DNA of 63,904 nucleotides, the filler included, from Craspedostauros australis (Eukaryota): assembly GCA_030167865.1 (NCBI GenBank). It is 11 parts of 11 records of this genome, joined end to end, with 100 filler letters (N's around TTAATTAATTAA, not from the genome) between each part and the next. Parts side by side here need not be neighbours in the genome. Positions count along the whole stretch, not along the records: positions 55,255 to 58,158 come from JALAGF010003461.1; positions 58,259 to 59,999 come from JALAGF010003467.1; positions 60,100 to 63,904 come from JALAGF010003469.1; 8 more parts are not named here. The stretch is one strand, 5' to 3'. Of the stretch, positions 55,255 to 63,904 are shown one piece after another. The translations under genes were made by a program, and so were the position numbers. Positions within the stretch are counted from its first letter, which is position 1; the number at the start of each line of letters is the position of its first letter. The notes below the pieces were generated by a model, which saw only the letters and a list, made by a program, of their open reading frames with translations, was not told the DNA's origin and ran no database searches.

Positions 55255-57216
55255 TCGTCTCAGATCCGTGGTGGAGAGGAGACTGACACGGCGCGGCAGG
55301 GACTGCAGCAGTTGCGATCCTGTGTTCATGGCACCTGGCGCAGCCGCCGACAACGCGTTGGCCAATTCCAGCGTGGCAACTTCTTCACTGGCCAACCGCT
55401 GGTGCGCGGCGACGATGGCGGCCTGCTGGCGGATGTACTGCTCACGTTGCTGAGCCTGCTGCATCTGTCGTTGCGTGGCGATCATGAGCTGCGTCGTCTC
55501 CTGTGCGTCATGGAGCTGCTTGGCGACGAGCTTTTGCAGCTCATCCTTGTCGCGGATCTGTTGGCTTGTTTTCTGTGGGTTGGTAGAGGGTACAGGATAT
55601 GTGATTGATCGGAAGAGATGCAATGGAAGGAGAAGAGGTGTGAGATTTGATCAAGCGTGATAGAACAATAGCAATGATAGGCATTAGCCCCAACTGAGAC
55701 GGGAACGTACCTCAAAGGCGATGTGATCGCCGACCTCATACCACAGGGCATCTTCCTTCTGCTTGAGGAATCGACCACCCTGCGATCGGATGATGCGCAC
55801 GACCTTGCGAGACACCATCGGCTTGTCCTTCTTCTTGGCCTTGAAGTAGACCGTGCGGAACTGGTCGATGAGGCGTCTGTACTTCTGGTTGCCGGGGTGC
55901 TTCGTCATGGCGCCGCCGCGTCCGCACAAGATGTCATCGCTTGTGTAGTGGGCGATGCCGTCCGTGGACGCCGGAACGGGCTTGATGTCCTCGGCGTCGC
56001 TGAATGTGGTGACATCGTTGGCCTGTGCCAGTGCTTGCTGTTGCATCTGTGCCTGCATGGTGACGTTGGTGTTGTTGGTGGCGCTCAGGACCATCGGCAT
56101 GGAGATTGGCGCAGTGATCGTTGCTGCTGCTGCTTGCGGAGCGGCTTGCATCTGCGGGTGGGATGCCAGCGCCTTCTGGAGTTGGCTTGCGCTGTTGATC
56201 ATGGCGTAGCTGCTCATGCTGACGCTTCGACTCCTGTGGTTGCTAACCGATGCCGTGGCGCTGTGGTTGCTGCCACCGCCCAAACTCGCATCGCTGTTGC
56301 TTCTGATGTTGCTTCTGATCTTGCTTCTGATCTTGCTGGCGTTGGTGATGGCCGTGGCCTCCTGGATCTCACGCAGCATACTGTGCGTGATATCGTGATG
56401 CGAGGGCGCCTGGCCGTTCCTTGGGTACTTGCCGTTGACCTGCCCGCCGTGCGCCATCTCCATCTTGGCCTTGAATCGCTTGCACTCGTCGATCTCATCG
56501 CGAAAGACGGTGCGCATCTGCTGCGAGGTCTTATCGAGCGCGGCCGCATCCGAGATCTCATGCCACAGACCTGACTGCGCATTCTGCTTGAGGAAGCGGC
56601 CGCCGGTGGACTGGATGAGACGCACGATGCCACGCGAGATCTCCGGCTTCTCGTTCTTGCGTGCGCGCAGGTAGGCCGATCGGTACTTGGCCACGAGCTC
56701 GCGGAAGTGTCGGTTGCCGCTGTGGAAGGGGATCTTGCCGCCTCTGCCGCACAGGACGTCGTTGTCTGTGGGGTCGGCGACGCCCTCGTCGGTCTTCTGC
56801 TTCGTCTTGGTTGCATGTGCGTCTGCTGCGGATGAAGATGAAGACAGAGTTGACGAGGATGAAGACAAGGTCGATGAGGAGGAGGATGATGATGGTGTGG
56901 GAGATGCTGCGGTCTTGCGGGCTCTCTTGGATGGTCCTTGCGATGTCTTCTTGGTCTTGCGCTTCTTGACAGTCTTCTTCTTGTTGTCTGTTGATGTGGC
57001 TGTGGATGTGGCACTCTTGAGACTGCTGGATGACAAGCCAAGGAGGCCCTCGAGTGCCTGAGACTGCTGCTTCTCTTCATTGTCTTCGGCTGCACTCTTC
57101 ATCTGCTTCATCTGCTTGACCTGCTTCTGTTTGCTCTGTTTCGATTGTTTGTTGCATGATGACATGATGGTGGATGGCGAAGCAACGTTCATCTTTGAGA
57201 GGTTCGATGTGTTCAT
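55255..57216 (-). CDS. Protein with two DUF6824 domains, 3'-truncated; exons 57216-55711 and 55572-<55255
   Basis: DVLCGRGG...HSGNRHFR...GGRFLK...KTSQQMR, and DILCGRGG...HPGNQKYR...GGRFLK...AFE|KTSQQIR across GT-AG intron 55710-55573. Confidence 0.9.
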
Positions 57217-58258
57217 ACTGATTGTGTTATAACACTTTGCAATGTTAGAGTACTTGTCTTGTGATGAGTGTGACTTGGGTTTGCTCTCAATTTGGTTTTA
57301 TGAGGATGTTTGTTGGATGGATGTGAAGAATGAAAATGAAAGACAACAAAGTGAGCGCGTGCACACATGGTACAAATGCTACGCCAGCCACGCACACATC
57401 CACGGTTCATGTCCATGTTGGCTTCTCAGCACAGAGAGGTCTCTCGTCGATACAAGTGTTACAACATCGCAACATCCGATCATCATCTTCATCCACGCGA
57501 AGCAGCACAATTACAATTACTTCACCACACACAACGCAAGACAACACAAGAGTCCATGTTGGTGGCGGCTTTTCTGCAACCGTTGTGCATCTACTCGTGA
57601 CAACAACACAAAGCGCACAAACAACACGCACAAACAACACGGAATCGTGGAACGCAAGATGAATGACCGAAATAGCACTCCAGAAACTTCACGACAAGCA
57701 CGGCACATGATTCACAAAGCCAAAATTCCGCCGTCGGTTGAAGAACTTTCAAACGTCACGAAGATTGCTAGAACTCCAAAGCGTATCATTTGTGAACGCA
57801 GGGGTTAGATTCAAACGCCCTCTTGTACGTCATCCTTAACCCTACCACCAAACCGTGCACTTTCACGATCCAACATAACATTTCGCGACACTCGACAATC
57901 AGCGATGATAAGTGTCCATGAACCACTCATTATCGATCGGAAGAGCCATTTATCTTCTGCTGCACCACGTACTATTCGCTGTTCGTCCAGATGGTCCGAC
58001 TTGAGAAGCGTTCGGCCTTGGCGAGTGTCGCCAGGCTTCCTTCTTGGGTGCGTTTTGGGGCTTGGATGATCGCCTCTTCGATGGTTGCCATAAATGTCGA
58101 TTCTTCTCCGTGAGCCAGCAATAATGCTTGCGGACTTGTGTGGAGGCAATTCCACCGCNNNNNNNNNNNNNNNNNNNNNNNNNNNNNNNNNNNNNNNNNN
58201 NNTTAATTAATTAANNNNNNNNNNNNNNNNNNNNNNNNNNNNNNNNNNNNNNNNNNNN

Positions 58259-59999
58259 TCTTCGTATCCTTTTCCTGTGGCGTCCTTGGCGTACCCCGCA
58301 CTCATCTCTAGGATGTTGTCGTCGAACCAATCGTCTGTGGATTCGTTGATCTCCGTTCTGCATCGGATGGCGATGGAGTTGAGGACGTTTTTGGCTTGAT
58401 CGTAGCGGTCGTCGAATGCGACTATGCTGAGTGCGTCTTCGTCTCCGTCGATCATGTGCGTGGTGCTGACATCATGGATGAACGGATTTCCTTCTGGCGT
58501 TTGTTGTTGGCTGAGGAACTCTCGCAGGGTGGTTGTCCCTGTGCGCCCATCTTTGGTGTCCAGCATTACATCGCCGTCCAGTCGGAACCGTTTGAGCTGC
58601 TTGACATAGCGTTGGTGCTTTCGTGTCATCTTTCTGAGCTTCGTCGCGGTGTCGGCGCCAATGGTAGCTGTTCCTGGGTTCGGTACGAACCTGTAGTTCA
58701 GCCCCCCTCGGTCGGCTCCTTTCGTGTTGAACACCTTGCCCAGAGCTTTCGCCACTTTCCGGGCATGCGTGGTATTCGCATGGAGATGTAAGGCCACCCA
58801 TGGAGTGTTTATCCATGTGCCTCCGTTCTTTTTGTGTTCTTCTCTTGCTTCGTCTGATACCTGTCCTAGGAATTTGGTCCTTCCTCCTACCTTCAACTTG
58901 GGCTGGATTTTCTCCAGGAGTTTGTTGATCACCCCGATGGTCTGCTTTGCGTTGGTGAAGTTTCCTGAGTATGCTAGAAAGCCCACATCGGTGATGTTCT
59001 CCGCATCCTTCAGGTCTCTGATGTACGCGTATTCCCCTGTTGCGTATCCTCCCTCCATCTCCGCTCGTCGACTGGTGAGTGCATTCAGGTTCTGACTGCC
59101 GCCCAGTTTCAGTTGCATGTAGACGTCTGTCTCTTTTGGGTTGGGTTTCGCTCGGCATACAAACTTCTTGAGTTCGTCCCAGTTCGTGGGAATTGGCTCG
59201 CTGTCTGAGATAGTGCCTGCGGACTTGTGTCTTTTGTACCAAGGGTATATGACCAGCTTTGGTTCGATGGTCAGAGCGTGGTCGAACCAAAGTTCAAACC
59301 TGGATTGGAAGTCTCGGATTGGCGTGGATGAGTTTTTTGGAATGGTCAGCCGGAGGTCGAATCGTTCATTGAACTTCCTTTTTGGGGTTGCCATCATCTG
59401 TACAGAGGAAGCTCTCACGCGAACCCAAGGTTCCTTGTTGGTGGGGTCCTTGTCTTCTGGTGCTGCCGTGTTGGATGTTTCATCTGGTGCTATCACCCTC
59501 ACTTTGTGTTTTGGGGGCGTCTTGACCACGTGTTGGGTGAGCGATGTCTGCCTTGTCCGTTTGACCAGTATCGATTCCAGTTGGATTCCGTCCATGTCGT
59601 CGTCGCTATCCGAAGATGCTTCTTGTGCCATGACGACATCGGAGAATTGGCATCCCATGTATCGTACCGCCGCTGCCCACGCCAGTGTCATTTGGTTACG
59701 CGCCATGGATTTGCCGTCTGTGTGCATCTCCATCTTGAAGCATTCGGCCGGGTCTGTTTTGGAGAGGTCCGCCACCAATTGCTTGATTTTTACCCGTTGG
59801 GGAGCGTCCTGAGCCACTCGGTGTGTGCCGAATTTGTTCGTTCGCCCGTCCATCACCTTCTGGAAGAATTCCGCGAGTTCCTGCGTGCTTGGCATGTGTG
59901 CCGACGCTTTGGCCTTGTCCTTCCCTTCCCACTCCGCTTTCTGGATGTACATCCGTTTGGCTCTGTCGTGCAGGGAGGATGGACCCTCGTCGTAGACGT
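58259..59999 (-). CDS. Partial hypothetical protein, possibly ORF1 of a diatom non-LTR (LINE/Ambal-like) retrotransposon
   Basis: Reading frame open across essentially the whole contig. Motifs LVIYPW, DVGFLAYSG and YRFVP resemble diatom LINE ORF1 sequences from recall. No RT or endonuclease lies on this contig. Confidence 0.45.
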
Positions 60000-60099
60000 N
60001 NNNNNNNNNNNNNNNNNNNNNNNNNNNNNNNNNNNNNNNNNNNTTAATTAATTAANNNNNNNNNNNNNNNNNNNNNNNNNNNNNNNNNNNNNNNNNNNN

Positions 60100-63000
60100 C
60101 AACGTGCCACCAACAACCGCAAACGCCTCACTGCCGGAGATGCAGATGACGCTGAAGGAGACGATGGTGAGCAGTCTCCGTACTCGATACAGACAGTCGA
60201 GAAGATACCGCCGGAGCTGTTCGAGAAGTATTCCGGCATCATCGTCCACCACGCTCTGCTCGTCGCGAGTCATGAGCTCGACAAGGCCGTCATGGCGGCG
60301 AAGCGCATCTGCGAGCTCAGAATCGATGTTGCCGTGCACGAACGATGCTGGGCGCACATCTGGGACATCCTCGAATACTACGGCCACATCTTCGTCGATG
60401 GGCACGACGCGCGTGACTTGGCTCCAATGCCCTACATCAAAACCAAGGCGAAATCCAAGCGCAAATTCGTGCTCGACATCATGGCCACCAACCTGGGCAG
60501 CTACGGATTTCGGTTCATGGAGGCCTACTTGACGGATGTCGTGCGGGACGTATGGGAGAACCCCAACGCGACAGAGGAAGAGAAGAACAACGTCCTCCTT
60601 GCTGCGCAGAAGACCGCCTTGCGCATGTGCTGCCAGTGCATCAAGACGACGACCGTGCGTGGAATCATGTCGTACATCGATATTGACTGGAAGCACACGC
60701 GCCGAGAGGGACCGCCGCAGCCTCCTTTCAAGCCGGCATCGCCCTACGACATCATCGACAGCCAGCAAGAGAAGGTGTTGGATCAGTGGGCAACCGCTTT
60801 CCTGGTGTACAGCAACCCCATTCCGCCTTCCTTGTTGGATGGCGACGTGTTGGACATTCACCGGTACATCAAGCGTGCCGAGCAACCAGAAGAACTCGAC
60901 GAGGATGTGCTTGCCACAGACGTGGCACAAGAACAGACGGAAGAAGCCGATGGGCCGGCTGCCGCTAATGTGGACGATGTTCTTGTCCAGGGATCTGAAG
61001 CTGCGCACGAGTTGGAGCAGGAGGACGAGTACATCGATGATGGCGAGGCACAACAGCATGTTGCTGCTAGCGATGATGATGATGATGATGATATTGTCGA
61101 AGTGACAGAAATCATCGACTCCGACGATGACATGGTGGTCCAGGGTCTCCCACAAGAGTACATTCAGCAACAGGCACCTGCGCAAATGACATACCAGTAC
61201 GGCGATGCCGTTGAAGGCCAGTACGGTTACGTCGATGCCGCGGGCCAACCGATGTACGCTGAAGAAGACGGTGCCTACGATTCCGGCGCATATGACGACG
61301 ATGACGGCGAAGAAATTGAAGAGGACGACGCAGGAGCGCAGTTTGAAGACACTGATGAAATGGAGATGCAAGATGGCATGGAGGCTTTGCCACCGCTGCG
61401 AAATAGAGCTTCGGTATCTGCCATCGATTTCTCCGCAGAACAAGCCGACGAGGCCATGGAGATGGCATACGAAGGTCAGTTCCCATCCAGCAGCAAGGAT
61501 GATGATGATGCCGACGACGACGACGACGATGATGTCATTGAGGTCGTCCAAACCGAGCCCACGAAAGATGTTGCAAACGATGAGGAAGAGGAGGTTACGT
61601 ATGATGCCAATACAGCGGATTCCGACCAGCAGCAGTACAAAGGAGAAGATGAAGACGAGGAAGAAGAAGAGGAAGAAGAACAAGATGATGATGATGACGA
61701 AGACGACGACGACAATGGCATTGACAACAACGATAATGATGACGACGTCGCTGTTGCTGACGACGACGTGGTTGCTGACGAGATGCAACCACAGCAGGTG
61801 TACGAGACTGACGCATCAGTCGCTATCAAGACCGGCGTCGCGAGCGAGGCGACCGATGACGAAGCAGAACACAACTTGATGGTCGAGAAGGCCGAAACCG
61901 ACGTTGCAGATGTTGGGGAAGACATTGAAGCGACAACGGACGAGGAACGCGACGTCGACTTGCGTAGTACAGGTATTTCTGGGGCTGGCAGCACCGTGGT
62001 TGGCAGCGACGTGGAGAACGATCATGCACCACGGCAGATGGGAGCAGCATCGATGGACGACGATACCATGGGAGCTCCTGACGACGATGTCAAGACCGAC
62101 GGAGCCGACAAGGGTGTGATGGGATCTGGTGCCAACGCAGCTGAGACTGGCGGTGATGCCACTGGGAATGGAAACCAGGCGAATCGTCAAGCACAGCTCG
62201 CGCGAGACGCCGATCGGCGCAAGACATCGCAGTACGGATACACGTCTCAGCTCGAAGATGGGTACGAGCCAGAAGACACCCACGGATACACTGAGGAGGA
62301 GGTTTCCGAGGCCATCCACACAGAGGACGAAGAAGAAGAACGCCGCCAGAAGAAGGCTCGCGAAACCATGCTCAACCTGGATCAGCAACCGGCCGATGAA
62401 GATCCTGTGCTGCCGGTCGAGGAAGCGAAGATCGTTCAAATCCGAGCGTCTGACAACCTTGCACATTCCTCAGATGATATGGACGCGGCTGACGAGCACA
62501 CGGAGCAAGAAGAAGACTTGGGCAACGAGTCGTCAGAGCTCGAAGAGGCGCCAGAGCAAGATCCCCCGATGGAAACTGAGAATGAGGGACCGGAAAGCCA
62601 GGCCGAGGCAGGTTCCCTCGTGGCATTCGCACGACGTACGCAACAGCAGGATGAAAGCCGCGTCCGCGAGAACCGAAGGGCTCGTGAAGCCCTGGAAATG
62701 GACATGGAGAAGGCAAAGACACACGAAGGTGCCGACACGAAGCAGGATGATCCGATTGTGGACGCGGCAGCTCGTGCGGACCGAGATATCTCACGCGACA
62801 TGCATGGGGCCATGAGCAGCAACACCGAGACGACGTTCGATCAACCCACCTCCCTGCCAGCTCAACAGGCGGCGGTATCGGCTTCGAATGTGGAGGGGGG
62901 TGGCGCCATTGCCGAAAGTCCCGGTGCATCCTCGGTACCAGCATCTGTGGTTGCAGACGATGCCGCTGCCGCGGTTCTCGAAGCGGACCAACCAGCTCAC

Positions 63001-63904
63001 ACCTTGGGCGCAATGGATGGTGCTGCAGAAGGACTCGCTGTGGATGTTAGCGCGTCTCTCCCGTCGCACCTGCAATCAAGCGGGCGCGAAGAGGTCGTTG
63101 ACATGCCTACAACACAGATCCTGCCCGAAGCCAGAGTTGAAGGCGACTCTCGTGGCGGGCCAGGCTCCAGGCCGATGGTCAGATCGAGATCCAAACAAGA
63201 AGGTGGAACAGGCGATATGCTTCCCCCCGATTCGAAGGAGCAAGAATCGATGGTCGCGGGACCAGTGGACGGTGCGTCCGAGGCCTACGACGAAAAGGGG
63301 GCGGGCTCTGAAACGTCTGCTGAGGATCCTGTGACAGAAACCGATCAGGAGCCATCCATCGAGATCATTGGTCACGGTCGTGGCAGCAGAGAGGAGGAAG
63401 AAGCCTCCTTGCACAACCTCGAGTCGATGAATTCGGCCACGGAGGCTCACGACGAATCGAGTGCGATGGATGTCGAGGATAACCACACGGAGGGACACAC
63501 CGACGCAGACGTTGATGTCGAGGCAGACATCGATGAAGATGGTGAAGCAAACGGCGGTGCGGAGGCCAACGCGGACGTTGTGGAAGATGTCGAGGCGGAT
63601 GTCAAGGCTGACGCAACTGTCGTGGCAGACGCTGCAGTTGAACTTGAGGCTCAGCAAGTTCATGACAGCAATGAAGCCATGGAGGGACAAGACGCAGATG
63701 TGGGTGGAACAGGTGCGACTGTTGCTGTCGCCATCGACGTGGACGACGATGCAAGCAATGGCGATGATGTGGAAATTGCCGATGCCAATAATGAGATTGC
63801 AACTGAAGACGCCGCTGAAGATGTGGACGTTGATGTTGATGCAGGCAATGGCGATGGCGATGATATGGAAGTTGCTGATGCCGCGGAAAGCATGGAAGTT
63901 GACG
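60100..63904 (+). CDS. Very large Asp/Glu-rich protein, partial at both ends; missing from the ORF track
   Basis: The frame starting at 60100 (QRATNNRKRL...KIPPELFEKYSGIIVHHALL...CWAHIWDILEYYG) shows no stop through 63904. About 260 aa of helical-looking sequence precede about 1,000 aa dominated by D/E/A. Confidence 0.85.

Noticed and set aside
5470..60099. Recurring TTAATTAATTAA motif as a biological repeat or piggyBac target
   Set aside because: Always centred in a 100-nt N block. It is an assembly linker with six-frame stops.
60052..63893. Numerous ORF-track calls in this contig (e.g. 60052-61788 minus, 61205-61879 plus)
   Set aside because: Alternate-frame or antisense shadows of the long acidic frame starting at 60100.
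1..63904. Treating the synthetase, cyclase-PDE, STAND genes and transposons as one gene cluster
   Set aside because: They lie on different contigs joined artificially, so adjacency across linkers carries no information.

Overview
Eukaryotic DNA, most likely a pennate diatom (inferred from GT-AG introns, a canonical EF-1alpha, a bipartite plastid-targeting signal, and gene families typical of diatoms). It is not one locus: 11 contigs are joined by ten 100-nt artificial N/TTAATTAATTAA linkers, plus one plain N gap, so neighbourhood arguments hold only within a contig. Host genes: an intronless FAAL-carrier-membrane (Pls-like) synthetase, a cyclase-phosphodiesterase fusion, two tandem STAND-like ATPase/helical-repeat paralogues, EF-1alpha, a CCT-domain gene, an LRRcap-like protein, a plastid-targeted protein, RPL7a, a secreted protein, two RVxF-motif paralogues, a double-DUF6824 gene, and a >1,260-codon acidic ORF absent from the ORF track. 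Mobile DNA: a CpG-decayed Copia, a second Copia 3' end with a roughly 870-aa in-frame extension after RNase H and a TA...TA-ended LTR, a PIF/Harbinger-like (DDE_Tnp_4) transposase end with neighbouring ORFs and a 10 x 20-bp palindromic array, and a possible LINE ORF1. The strongest novelty candidates are the FAAL-Pls-like enzyme, the extended Copia and the multi-ORF DNA transposon. All domain calls come from motif recognition by eye; no database searches were run.
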